This document shows positions 10,857 to 21,714 of a stretch of 64,000 nucleotides of DNA, one piece after another. This stretch comes from Candidatus Marinacidobacterales bacterium. Lineage in GTDB: Bacteria; Acidobacteriota; Vicinamibacteria; Marinacidobacterales; DATDRI01. The translations under genes were made by a program, and so were the position numbers. The notes under the pieces are model-generated. The model did not search any database. It worked only from the letters and a program-made list of their open reading frames with translations, and was not told the origin of the DNA. Positions within the stretch are counted from its first letter, which is position 1. The number at the start of each line of letters is the position of its first letter. Location: positions 1,728,001 to 1,792,000 of the forward strand of contig OZ244742.1 of the NCBI GenBank assembly GCA_965219415.1, given 5' to 3'.

Positions 10857-11808
10857 ATGACGTTCCGATCGCTCTCACCTGCGATTCCGACCGTTTTGAT
10901 CTGTACGATTTCCTGGGCGGCAGGCACCCAAAGGGGAAGTCGCGGTGACCTTCGACGATCTCCCGGCCATCCAGATGCCCGCCTCCGATGCCTGCAATCT
11001 GGCAAGCATCGAGAAGATGACCGGACGCCTGCTCGCGAAGGTGACCGCGAGTCGCGTTCCCGCGGTGGGCCTAGTGGTCGAAAGCCGGCTCTGCGACGAG
11101 CTCCGAACACGATATCTAGCGCCACTGCTCGAACGATGGCTCGACGCCCGGCTCGAGCTCGGAAACCACTCCTACTCCCACTTCGACTTGAACCAAACTC
11201 CGCCCAAGCAATACCGCGAGGACATCGTACGGGGCGAATCAACCACGTCACGCCTTCTTGCCGATCGAGGCAGGAAGCTAAAGTATTTTCGCTACCCTTA
11301 CCTTCATACCGGCGACGAGTTGGAGAAGAAAAAAGCCATCCAAACGTTTCTCGTTGAGAGAGGGTATACCAACGCGCCGGTAACTATCGACAACCAGGAA
11401 TGGATCTTCGCCGCCCTCTACGCGCGCGCTCGAGACCGGGGAGACGGGTCGATCGCGAAGAAGGTCCTCGACGCGTACGTCCCATACATGGAGACGATGT
11501 TCGAGTATTACGAGGACTTGTCGATGAGGGTTTTTGGTCGTGAGATCCCGCAGGTGCTCCTACTTCACGCCAACCCGATCAACGCCGATAGCTTCGATGC
11601 GCTGGCGAAGATGATGACCGGTCGAGGCTACTCTTACATCTCACTCGAGAAGGCGCTGTCCGACGAGGCCTACCGCTCGCCGGACACATACGTGGGCCCA
11701 CAAGGATTGTCGTGGCTTCTCCGTTGGGCGGAGGCAGCCGATGTCCAAATCTCTAGGGAGCCACGGGAGCCCCAGTGGCTTGCGGAGCTCTTCCGCACCT
11801 ACAATTAA
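10857..11808 (+). CDS. Secreted polysaccharide deacetylase (NodB/CE4), frameshifted near 10935
   Basis: TFDDLP, LGNHSYSH, YFRYPY, LLLH motifs; signal peptide joins in frame if one G is removed from a GGGG run. Confidence 0.88.
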
Positions 11809-11826
11809 ATAACCCGTCCCCGAACT

Positions 11827-12751
11827 CTACTTGTTTGCGACGTCCCAGAGCTGCTTCATCCGGGTGAGGTAATCGTCTTTGCTTTCGACGCCAGGCGAGA
11901 ATTGAACGTCGAGCACCAGCTCGTGAGCTCCAATCTCCCGAGCCGTGGCGATATCGGCTCCGATCTGCTCGATGGTGCCCGTAAATTCGGCGCGGTCGCT
12001 ACCAGAAGGTAAGTCGGAGAACTCGCAAGGGTTACCACGAACGATCAGCTCCAATTTGGAGGGGTCTCGACCGGCCTCCTTCGCCATCGCTTGGATCCCC
12101 CCGAACATCTCCGGCACCGCCTTGAGCGGAATACCGACCGGAAACCACCCGTTCGCCTCCCTCGCCATTCTCTGAAGAGCGCTTGGCGTGAAGGCTGCCA
12201 TGTAGATGGAGGGATGTGGCTTCTGAAACGGCTTGAGCCCGATGATCGATTCCGGAATCTGAACGTACTCGCCTTTGAACTCCACCGGATCGGTGGTCCA
12301 AATCGTTTTGATCGCCCGGATGAGCTCATCTGCGCGTTTGCCCTTCCCGGACCACGACGTTCCCGCCGCCTCATACTCATCCGGCGACCATCCCATCCCG
12401 AGCCCAACGCGGAGCCGCCCGCCCGAGAGCACGTCGAGACTGGTGAGGGTTCGCGCGAGCAGTGTTGGGTTGTACCAGGGCAGGTTCAGCACACTAGAGC
12501 CGACGGCAACGCGCTTGGTTTGAGCCGCTGCGAATGCGAGCGTTTGCAACGGATCCAAGGACGTCTTGTATAGAGCCGGGAGACTTCCGTCACCGACCGG
12601 GTAGGGCGCACGCGGCTTTATCGGCCACAGCAAGCGGTCCAAACACCCAAAGGCTGTCGTAGCCCAGTTCCTCTGCCCTCGTTGAAACCGCGGCCACCGC
12701 TTCCGGGCCGGCGGCCTTTCCTACTTGTGGAAGTGCAAATCCTAGACGCAT
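11827..12751 (-). CDS. LLM-class (luciferase-like) oxidoreductase, putatively F420-dependent, frameshifted near 12643
   Basis: N terminus MRLGFALPQ...AEELGYDS, then LDPLQTLAFAAAQT, LDVLSGGRLRVGLGMGW, KPFQKPHP. Confidence 0.85.
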
Positions 12752-12764
12752 GGGAACCTCCTTG

Positions 12765-13050
12765 CTAGGAGCCCGCGGCTTCTAGCGAATTCTTTGGCAA
12801 ACGGATGATAAACGTAGTTCCTTTTCCGACCTGGCTTCTCCACTTCGATATCGCCGCCATGTTTCCGTACGACGTTTCGCGCCGTCACCAGGCCCGAGCC
12901 CATCTTAATGCGCGAGCCAGTCGCCGAGAAATCGAAGTCGAACAGCCGACCCAGCTTTTCTTCCGGAATCCCCTTGCCGGTATCAGAGATTCGGACGTGG
13001 ATGGAGTCTACGTTTTCCCTAGCTTGGATGCGAATGGTCCCTCGCTGGTG
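12765..13050 (-). pseudogene. Orphan C-terminal HATPase_c fragment of a histidine kinase
   Basis: Manual translation: IHVRISDTGKGIPEEKLGRLFD...GSGLVTARNVVRKHGGDIEVE/SQVGKGTTFIIRLP; no start codon; begins directly after the upstream gene's TAG. Confidence 0.8.
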
Positions 13051-14298
13051 CTATCGCAAAGAACGAAGTGCGAGCAGTCCGAGGATGGCCACCGCGATCC
13101 CGAGGGCAACCCATAGCACGATCGGGTGCCGCTCACTCCAGGGCTCCGGGCTCAGGTAACCGGGGTTCGTCGCCTCCGGGCCGAGCTCGCCTGCGGCAGC
13201 CGACTCGAGCTCGTCTCTAGGAGTAATCCGCGACAGATCGTACTCGGGTCGGGAAGTGCGGCTATTACCGTACAGAAGTTGATAGGTCGTTCCCGGTTTT
13301 TGGCGAAAGACGACGTGGCGTGGCGTCCCTTCTAACGTGGGAAGCAATCCTTCAACCGGCGAGTCATTCCGGTCGAGCACCGCGACGCGCCAATAGCGGC
13401 CACGGGCCTCGGGGAACCGAACCTGCAGCGACGTGCGTTGATCCTGCTCCTGATCACTCGCTCCGGGTTTCGGGTAGCGGTATATGTTTCCCTGTCCGAC
13501 GCGTCGCCATTCTTCCCCGTCGATGCTCACATCTACTCGTACGGTTCGATGAAACTCTGCCTGCTCCGCGTGAAAGCGTACGAACGAAGCAGGTACATAC
13601 TCGATTCCGAGATCAGCTTGCCATCGACTCTCCTTCGAAGCTGTGCCGCGTTCCGGTCCGAGAACGGGGAGGTCGACGAGCTCCGGGGCTTCGACGATCT
13701 CGTACGCGACGCGACAGCCGTAGACCGCGAACCGTCTTTCCGGTTCGAGAATCTTCAAACGCAGCCAACGGGCTCGAGAGTCTGGATAAGAAACCACGGT
13801 CTTGCCTTCACGCGTATTGTCGAACCGAAAGATGGGTGCCTTTTCCTGCAGCACATGCCAACTCTCCCGATCGTCACTGGCGGCGACTTCGACCCACGCG
13901 AAGAACTCGTTGACACCGGTTTGTATTTCGAGGGAGTTGTGTGCGTCGTGGTCGGAGCCCACGTCGACCACTAGCTGAGTGTGCTCCCCGGGGATGAACC
14001 CGAGGTCGGCGATCTCACCTTGCCGCCATTGCCGCTCCTCCTTACCGACGCGCGCAAGTAGGACAAAGGGAACTTCCCGCCCGTTCGCCCCGATGACGCG
14101 CACGTCGGCGAGACTCTTCTGGGCGCGGCCAAACGTCTCGAGTGGTAGGGTCACACGCACCAGACGGGGCTCGACAGCTGACTCTAAGGAGATCGGCCGG
14201 GAGTACCGCCAGTTCGTCCACGCGTCGGGAATCTGGGCCCGCACCGTGGGTGCCAAGCCACAGAAGACCAGGACGGCAAGCGGGAACGGCTTCTTCAT
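13051..14298 (-). CDS. DUF3999-like exported protein with C-terminal membrane anchor
   Basis: Signal peptide, ADVRVIGANGREVPF, YQLLYGN..PEYDL, terminal TM helix; overlaps the DUF2339 stop. Confidence 0.7.
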   Translation of the reverse strand: MKKPFPLAVLVFCGLAPTVRAQIPDAWTNWRYSRPISLESAVEPRLVRVTLPLETFGRAQKSLADVRVIGANGREVPFVLLARVGKEERQWRQGEIADLGFIPGEHTQLVVDVGSDHDAHNSLEIQTGVNEFFAWVEVAASDDRESWHVLQEKAPIFRFDNTREGKTVVSYPDSRARWLRLKILEPERRFAVYGCRVAYEIVEAPELVDLPVLGPERGTASKESRWQADLGIEYVPASFVRFHAEQAEFHRTVRVDVSIDGEEWRRVGQGNIYRYPKPGASDQEQDQRTSLQVRFPEARGRYWRVAVLDRNDSPVEGLLPTLEGTPRHVVFRQKPGTTYQLLYGNSRTSRPEYDLSRITPRDELESAAAGELGPEATNPGYLSPEPWSERHPIVLWVALGIAVAILGLLALRSLR

Positions 14299-16127
14299 CG
14301 CTCCTCGCGCTCCGTGGCCACCTTCTGTTGATAGAAGAATGAGACCACGACCAACAACACTCCCAGGACCGCGAAGGAGGCGATTCGGTAGACGCGCTCT
14401 AGGAAGGAGAGATCGTACAGAAACACCTTCACCACCACGACCGAAAAGAGGGCCAGCCCCAACCACCGCACCGCGGCACTACCACTTCGAACGCCCCACA
14501 ACATCAGGCCGGTCGCGTAGAGGGTCCACAACAGGGAAAGCGCCAGCTGCTGAGTGAGTCGCGTATCCGCGCCCAGATCCAGACGCATCCGGCCGAAAAG
14601 GCCCCACACTTCCAACGACAGCGACGAGACCAACAAGACGTTTGCGGCGAGGCCTACGACTTCGAACGCGAGACGCTCACGCTCCGACAGCATGCCGCGA
14701 TGGCGTCGGGAGAAGGCGAAGGCTGCGGCAAACGAAGCCACAACGATGGCGTAGGTCAGGAATCGAGGGTTCCATAGAAACTCCTGCGCGGACACTCTGA
14801 AGAGCAGCAGGCGGGCGCCGGCGATGACGAACAATACGATGCCGGCCCATCGCAACAATCTCAGGTTCACCTGAAAGCCACTCCAGATCAGCACTGCTCC
14901 TTCGACCGCCCAAGCGATAGTGATCCACTTGCCGTCCAGCCTTATGGGAATCGCTAGTGTCACGAAAGTGAGAGCCAAACCCGCGAACAGCAGACGTGAG
15001 ACTGAGCGCTCACCCGTCTTTGAAGCTGGAAGGAGTCGCGCCGCTCCCAAGTGCGCGGCACCGAGAGCCAGCACCGCGACGGTCAAGACCCACCGATGAT
15101 CTCCATAGAGGAGATACTGGAGCGCGCCGAGAAACGCCCCTGCGTTCGCCAACACCAAAATAACGTGCTCCGACGCCATGTTTCCTAGTCGACGCGATGG
15201 AAGGATGGGAACCGCTGCGAACTGCACGAAGAAGAGCGTTGCAAAGAACGCGGTGCGCCCCAGTTTGGCGACTTTGTAGAACTCTTCGATCCAGGCCCAG
15301 AAGTAAATCGTCGTACCTGCGAAGGCTACCAACTCTAAACTGCGCCAACTACGTAGACGAGCGACGACGAGCATTCCTCCGTTCAACACCGCGAGGTAGA
15401 TGAACAGAGGGATCTGCGCGTCTTTGCCTGTGCTGAGCAAGATCGGCGTGAGTAGACCACCGATTTGGGCAAGCAAAGCCAGCGGCTGCGAGTCCCGCCC
15501 CAGCGCAATCGCGACCATCGTTCCGGTCACGACGATCATCCCGGCGAACGCGACCGGTTGGGGAAGGAGTTGATAAAAACTCCAGGCGGCGTACAAGGAA
15601 GCGTACAAAACACCGGCTGCCAAACCGGCGATTCCGCCCGAGAAATAGCCGTAACCTCGCCGCAACAGCCACTGGCTGAACACCAGTAGGCCAGTGCCCG
15701 AAAAGAGACCTAAGGCAACGCGTCCACTGGGACCAACCCATTCGTTGTCGAACGCGTACTTGAGGAAGAAGATCGCGGCGAGCAGCAGCGCGATGATTCC
15801 GACGCGGTTGAGCCAACGACCGGCGATCAGTGTTTCGAGATCGAGCCCGGCCTTCGCGGCGACCGGGACCGGGTGCTTAGGCGCCGCGGTCGACGGAGGC
15901 AACGCGTCAATGGCAGCAGGGGCAGGAGGGGCCGCAGTTTCGGAGACAGGAACCGGCGCAGCTTTTGGTTCGGCGAGGCTCGGCGATCCGCCTAGCTCTC
16001 GGAGCCTTCGAGCGAGTTGCCCGACGGTTCGCTCTAGCGCCGAGACTTTGACCAACGCGATGATCGCCAGGATCGGCCCACCCAACAGAATGAGCCCGGC
16101 GACAATGACCAGCGATAGGAACTCCAT
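14295..16127 (-). CDS. DUF2339 family integral membrane protein
   Basis: LETLIAGRWLNRVGI, FFLKYAFDNEW, KVFLYDLSFLERVYRIASF; many TM helices. Confidence 0.85.
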   Translation of the reverse strand: MEFLSLVIVAGLILLGGPILAIIALVKVSALERTVGQLARRLRELGGSPSLAEPKAAPVPVSETAAPPAPAAIDALPPSTAAPKHPVPVAAKAGLDLETLIAGRWLNRVGIIALLLAAIFFLKYAFDNEWVGPSGRVALGLFSGTGLLVFSQWLLRRGYGYFSGGIAGLAAGVLYASLYAAWSFYQLLPQPVAFAGMIVVTGTMVAIALGRDSQPLALLAQIGGLLTPILLSTGKDAQIPLFIYLAVLNGGMLVVARLRSWRSLELVAFAGTTIYFWAWIEEFYKVAKLGRTAFFATLFFVQFAAVPILPSRRLGNMASEHVILVLANAGAFLGALQYLLYGDHRWVLTVAVLALGAAHLGAARLLPASKTGERSVSRLLFAGLALTFVTLAIPIRLDGKWITIAWAVEGAVLIWSGFQVNLRLLRWAGIVLFVIAGARLLLFRVSAQEFLWNPRFLTYAIVVASFAAAFAFSRRHRGMLSERERLAFEVVGLAANVLLVSSLSLEVWGLFGRMRLDLGADTRLTQQLALSLLWTLYATGLMLWGVRSGSAAVRWLGLALFSVVVVKVFLYDLSFLERVYRIASFAVLGVLLVVVSFFYQQKVATEREER

Positions 16128-16184
16128 CGGACGTTTTACCTCCCCGGTTGCTGGGAATGCCAACTAACCACCGAGCGACCTAGC

Positions 16185-16200
16185 AGCATGAATCGTGCCA
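16185..16200 (-). promoter_or_regulatory. Candidate sigma-54 (-24/-12) promoter for the DUF2339-DUF3999 operon
   Basis: Minus strand TGGCAC-GATTC-ATGCT with correct GG-N10-GC spacing, about 60 bp upstream of the start. Confidence 0.5.
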
Positions 16201-16428
16201 CCAAGGATGCTTTCCAGGCATAACCAACTACATTTAAATCACTTAACTCGATTTCGGCTTGGGATTTGCGGCCCAATAAGAACATTCTGTGCGGACAGTT
16301 CGTGCCATGATCTGTACAATCCTTGCACATCGGTTCTTTCGACCGATACGGCCCCGCGTACGAGCTTCTTTTGTCTGGATACCGGGAGAAGGCTTCGTCC
16401 GCCTTACGTCACATTATAAGTCAGCCTG

Positions 16429-16743
16429 TCAGGCCCGCGGTTCAATGCCGTTACGTTTGCTGACTTCCACTGCAAATTGTCGAAGGAGCTCGTCTAGAAA
16501 CGCAGTGTACTCTTCCGTCGAGGCAAGGTAGGCCTTACCCATCTTGTCCTGTACGAACCCATCGACATCTTTGAAGAACGGATCGTCCTTCAATTCGGGG
16601 AATACCTCCAGTAAGCGCGAAATAGTCTCGACCAGACGTAGGGTTGCGGTGTAAACGCCCTCGTCGATTCCGCTCCGAGCCGCACTGGCAAGAAACGCGA
16701 AAACGGGAAATAAATCCTGATCTAGCTTCTTCTTGTCCCTCAT
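16429..16743 (-). CDS. Small helical hypothetical protein (DUF6092-like)
   Basis: FAFLASAARSGIDEGVYTATLRLVETISRL pattern; ATGA overlap with the nitroreductase stop. Confidence 0.6.
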   Translation of the reverse strand: MRDKKKLDQDLFPVFAFLASAARSGIDEGVYTATLRLVETISRLLEVFPELKDDPFFKDVDGFVQDKMGKAYLASTEEYTAFLDELLRQFAVEVSKRNGIEPRA

Positions 16744-17267
16744 AGTAGTGGCCCGTATCGATTGTGATAGACGGCGGCCCCTTGCTTGTTCGCCTTCACC
16801 GACTTCGGAGCTGCAATGGGATGACCAATGGGGATGATCATGTCTACGCGACAGTGATCGGGGAGTCCCAGAACAATCCTAATGCCGGCCATTGCTGCGA
16901 TCATCGTGAATTGCGATCCAAGACCCAAAGCGGTTGCCCCCAGAAGCACGTTTTCCCCAGCCGCCCCTGCGTCCACCAAAGTACAGCGTGCAGCTACCGG
17001 CCCCACTGTTTGGTATGCCACTTTTTCATCCGTAAAGATGATCATCAACATCGGTATGTAGTTGCGATTCAGCGAAGGTGAAATCTGCTGTATGGCGCGG
17101 ATGACTCCAGGGTCGTCAACCACAATACAGTGTCGATAAGGTCTGTTCGACGCCGTCGGGGCGCGACTTACCGCGTAAATGAGCCTATCCAATTGCTCAC
17201 GAGACACCGGGACCTCCGAAAATGCGCGGCATGCCCTTTTCTTGGCCAAGACCTCGAATAATTCCAT
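16740..17267 (-). CDS. Nitroreductase family protein
   Basis: KKRACRAFS, RAPTASNR, DAGAAGENVLLGATALGLGS, IPIGHP. Confidence 0.9.
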   Translation of the reverse strand: MELFEVLAKKRACRAFSEVPVSREQLDRLIYAVSRAPTASNRPYRHCIVVDDPGVIRAIQQISPSLNRNYIPMLMIIFTDEKVAYQTVGPVAARCTLVDAGAAGENVLLGATALGLGSQFTMIAAMAGIRIVLGLPDHCRVDMIIPIGHPIAAPKSVKANKQGAAVYHNRYGPLL

Positions 17268-17276
17268 TGTCTTTCT

Positions 17277-17735
17277 CTAGCCGGAGCTTCGGCTAAAACG
17301 GATTTGGTTACCACTCGGGAAGAAGATCACCATTTCGTCGCCCTTGATCTGGAAGCGGCAAGGTTCGGTCGTCGGCTCGGCGTGCTTGATCTCCATGCGG
17401 AGCGGCGCGGCCGGAAGGGTGCCCAACTCCTCTCCCGCCGACATATGGTACTGGTGAGAGAAGGTGAGGCTATCCCCGTCCAGGACATAGGTTCCCGCCT
17501 CGCCCGAGCCACGACGCGGCTTCTTGTCCGAATCTAGAGTGAAGAACAACGTGACCCAATCAGTCCCCGTAAAGAAGATGAGGCCATCGAGTGCGTGTGA
17601 GGAATTGTCTTTCAGATCATAACTCTCCGCCTTCCACGCACCTAGAATCGAAGATTCTTCACCCATAGCGGGCGAGGAAAGGGCGGCGACCAGGGGGATC
17701 AAAACCAAAACGAGCATCCATCGAGACGACGACAT
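17277..17735 (-). CDS. Secreted lipocalin-like beta-barrel protein
   Basis: Signal peptide, ILGAWK, GTYVLDGDSLT motifs. Confidence 0.55.
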   Translation of the reverse strand: MSSSRWMLVLVLIPLVAALSSPAMGEESSILGAWKAESYDLKDNSSHALDGLIFFTGTDWVTLFFTLDSDKKPRRGSGEAGTYVLDGDSLTFSHQYHMSAGEELGTLPAAPLRMEIKHAEPTTEPCRFQIKGDEMVIFFPSGNQIRFSRSSG

Positions 17736-17853
17736 ATTGAATCTCCTTTCGCGACCCTCTCCACTACCTGTCGCGACGGGAATTTTCAAGTGCCATGGGG
17801 CCATGGGCTAGGGGGTTTGTCCCCGGAGAAGCACCGGGGTCAGAGCGAGAGAG

Positions 17854-20519
17854 TTATTCCGCGAGAAATTGCCAGGCTTCCGCGCTATTTGGAGAGCCGG
17901 GGTCGGCTTGACTCCAGAGTGCAAGGAATCTCTCGTACTGTTGCCGGGCGGCAACGAGATTCCCCTGTTTCGCAAGAAGACGGGCCAGTTCTAAGACATG
18001 CAGAGGTTCCAAGACTCCGGTCCATCTCTGAGTGATGTCCGGCGTCAAGAGTTTGCGGTACATCCGGATGGCTCCCGGCAGATCGCCTTGTTGTGCCCTG
18101 GTCCGCGCCGCCCCATCCCGAAGAGGTAGGTTGGCGACGATGCTCCCGAAGATCTCGGAGCTCGAGAACCACATCTTGAGCTCCGGCTCGCCGTCAGAGA
18201 ACGCAACTTCCGCGGCGCGGAAGTCTCCCTGCGCCAAAGCGATCTCACCCTGCAGTAAGTGATACCACCAATTCTCCTGTGGATCTTTCACGTCGTAGAG
18301 CGCTCGCAGGGAATCGAGATTGCGGCTTGCGTCTTCGAGCCTTCCGTCACAGGCTTGAGCGACTCCGGCGCACAAGCTTGCCACCATCAAGATCTGCCGC
18401 CTCCCGTTCCCACTGAGGCTCGGCACGAGTTCCATCGCCCGATCCGCGAGCCGGACCGACTCAGTCAGCCTGCCCTCCTCGAGAGCAAGCATGGAGCGAA
18501 GTATTTGTGTCCGAGCCTCGAACAACCTGTGCTGCCCGCTTCTAGCCAATTGGACCCCCTCGAGCAGACTCTGCTCGGATTCGCGATATCGGCCGACGCG
18601 AGAAAGAAGAAACGCCTGAACGAGAAGCAACGAGGGAGCCGACTCGGTGGGCGCGTGATGTGTCTCGTCGAGATACGCGAGCGCCTCATCGTAGTGCCCC
18701 ATCATCGCACTCGGTAGTGCCCCATCATCGCACTCGCCCAACTGCGTCCAAAACTCGACGAAACCAATGAACCGTTCCCCCCCGGGGCGCGCGAGTATTC
18801 TTCCAACGCTCGGTCGGGCATCCCGGCAACGAGATACGCCTCTCCCAAACGCTCGTAAGGGTTGGCGTCGGCAGGATACATCTGGGCGTAACTCTCGAAC
18901 TGGCGAAAGGCCTCGGGATACCGTCCGTTTCGCAGCATCCCGTATCCGTAGTAGGAGCGAAGTAGCCCCGAGTCCGGCACCGCCTTGATGCCGCTTGCGA
19001 GCACCGCGAGTCCTTGATCGCGGCGGTTCGATGTCAGATGCACGATGGCCAAGAGCACGTACGCGTATTCTTCCTTCGGGTAGCGAGCGAGGCTCTCCTC
19101 AAGCAGCTCCACCGCCTTCTCGTGTTGGTCCTCCTGGACGAGCTGCCCCGCTTCCGCCAGAAGCTTCTGCCGCTCCGGTAGCGTGTCGCTGTGGGTTAGC
19201 GATTGCTGAAGGTACTTCTCGGCCGCAAACGTGTCGTGCCGAATCAGGGCCACCTTGTGCAGCTGCCAGTAGGCCAGGCCGAAACCAGGATCAACGGCCA
19301 CCGCCTCCAAGAACAATCGGTGGGCGTCGCTCAAACGAAGATGCCTACCGGCCTCTATTCCCTGTCCGTAGAGCCGGTAGGCTTCCAGGGACTTCGTGGC
19401 TCCGGAAACCCGCGTCGTGGGTAAGGGGTCGTCTAGTTCCAGTGCCTCGCCCATGCGCCACGCCAGATCGTCTACGATCTGGAAAAGGTCGGTCCCTCGA
19501 ACCGAGTACGCCGAAAGGATGCGTCCGTCCGTGACGTCTTCGAGTTGAGCGTCGATCCGAATCTCCGCACCGTGCTTGACGATGCTGCCCGCTAAAAACG
19601 TCTCAGCACCGGCGCGCCTAGCGATCTCGGGGAAGAAACTGGCGTCTAGCTGATCTGTCTCCTCCTCTTCGCCAATTTCGCGAACCGCCTCTTTTAGCTT
19701 CTCGTCGCTTACGACATTCAGCGCCGGAGTGCCGTCCAGCCCGCCTTGAAGCATGCGACACACTCCCTTCGAAAGCCAGCGGTACTCTTCGGCATCGATG
19801 TGGTTTTCGAAGTCCATGATGGCGATGGATGGACTGCCCTCGGCTGGAGGAACGATGGAGTTCCAATTGGACAACACGTACCAGCCAACTGCGATGGCGA
19901 CAACCGTAGCGGTGGCGACACCCAGCACGATTAACCCCAACCGCTTCCGTTTGGGTGCGGTTTCGTCGTGATCGTGGCCGGCCCTCCAGAAGCTAACCGT
20001 ATTCCAGACGTCGGCACTCGAAACGGAACGTCGCGAATCGACGAATCTGCTGGTGGCCGGTAGTGTGGAGACCCCTGTCCCCTCCGAATCTGCTTCCCGA
20101 TGAACAGTCGCGATCAGGCGGTACCCTCTCCGCGGCACGGTTTGGATGTAGCTGGGGTCTCTCGCGTCGTCACCCAGCGCTTTTCTCAACTCCCAGATGG
20201 AGTTCGTCAGCACCTCTTCGGTAACGTAGCTGTCGCTCCAGGCGTGCTGGATGATCTTGGACTTGGGGACGACGCTGCCGGCGTTCTCTGTGAGATAGGC
20301 CAGAACTTCCATCGCCTTGGGCTCGACCCTGACCTCGCGGTCGTCCTGGACAATTCTGTTCAGACTGGGCTGAACGAGCCAGTCGCCGATTCGGAAATCA
20401 CCGTCCAACCGCCGGTCACTCCTTCCCGCGGTCGGCTGAGCAGCCTCCCGATGGACACTGCGACGAGTTCTGGACGAACATTCTGGACATTCTATGAGGT
20501 GAAGCAAACGGTATGCCAC
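17854..20519 (-). pseudogene. CadC-like membrane-anchored regulator (OmpR/PhoB winged helix, TM, TolB_N-like, TPR), split by a 23-bp duplication
   Basis: FRIGDWLVQPSLNRI, EPKAMEVL, YIQTVPRRGYRL, TM helix, SIAIMDFEN, TPR repeats continuing in 17854..18741. Confidence 0.8.
18691..18736. repeat. Perfect 23-bp tandem duplication
   Basis: GTAGTGCCCCATCATCGCACTCG occurs twice head-to-tail. Confidence 0.95.
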
Positions 20520-20693
20520 AGCACCGCCGTCCGCTTCGGCGCTGGCTCAACCCTCGTAACCGATTGACCCGTCGGCACCCGGAGCAGTGGCACCCCGTCG
20601 CGCGATAAGTTTTTGTCTGAGGATGAAGATCGCGAAATTTACAGGGCTAGCGTGGACTTTACAGTTCCTCGATCCTCTTGCGAGGCCCCGAAA

Positions 20694-21449
20694 CTACCTC
20701 TTATCGCGTTCCACCAGCCTCAAGACGGACCTCTCTGTTTGGGGAGCCGAACGTGCCGGAACGCCTTCGGCAATCGCGACCGGTAGCGTAACCGGTGGCG
20801 CCAAAAGACCGTCGAGACCCGAAACGAACGCCTCGACCAATCGCTCGTCGAGAACCACCTGGTCCTTGACGAGAAAAGAATACGCCAATCCCCTTCGCAT
20901 CAATCCGCCCGGGGCGTGGTGTTCCGCAGGGGCGACGGCGTGAATCATCTCATGGGCCACGACGCGGCCCAGAGCGCGGGACAGACGCCTGAGCTCCCGG
21001 ATATCGAGAAGGCGAGTGGGTCGGTCGTGAATCTTCACTGCGCTTACCAAGTTTCGATAGAAGACGTACAAGGAATGAGAACGTCCACCTCCGGGGAGAA
21101 ACGCGCCCATGACATCTTCCTCCAAGCCCCAATCTGAACCGGATGGCTTGGATGGCATGAGGACGATTCGTAGCAGAACCGTGTTTCCATACAATGGGGG
21201 ATCGTCGAGCTCCGCCTCCATCCACTCGATGTCGAGGCCGACGGGACCAACGAGTTTTTCCACTTCGCGAACCATCCCCTGGAAAGTTCCATTGGGAGCC
21301 AGACCATGAGCATCGTGCCAGACCATCAGAAGCCGAGGCCCACGAGTTCGCTGTTCCTCGATGCCCTTTTGAGCACCTACCGTCTCAGTGATTCCAAACG
21401 AAAACGCCCCGATGAAAAGGACGAGCCGAACCACCCTGCCGTGAATCAT
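20694..21449 (-). CDS. Secreted putative zincin metallopeptidase-like protein
   Basis: Signal peptide; LGRVVAHEMIHAV..HH..GLM (HExxH plus Met-turn-like motif). Confidence 0.6.
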   Translation of the reverse strand: MIHGRVVRLVLFIGAFSFGITETVGAQKGIEEQRTRGPRLLMVWHDAHGLAPNGTFQGMVREVEKLVGPVGLDIEWMEAELDDPPLYGNTVLLRIVLMPSKPSGSDWGLEEDVMGAFLPGGGRSHSLYVFYRNLVSAVKIHDRPTRLLDIRELRRLSRALGRVVAHEMIHAVAPAEHHAPGGLMRRGLAYSFLVKDQVVLDERLVEAFVSGLDGLLAPPVTLPVAIAEGVPARSAPQTERSVLRLVERDKR

Positions 21450-21714
21450 CCCTCACCCCCATTGGCTCTCCCTCAACGTGATCTTTTATGGCTATACGTT
21501 GAGCAACGACAAAGAGATCCGCTAGAGTTCTCAGTTTTGGGTAAGGTTTTTCTCAGGCTTGGTCCTAGGGTGCCGCGTTGTGTTGGAAGAAGAACTCTTC
21601 CTCTCCGATCCCTCCCGCCGAGTGGATGGCTCCCTTTTCCACGAGAAGCTCGACGATGTGCTTGGGGCTCTTCGAAACAGATAACAACAACGCGGACGCT
21701 GTGACTTTCAGGAA

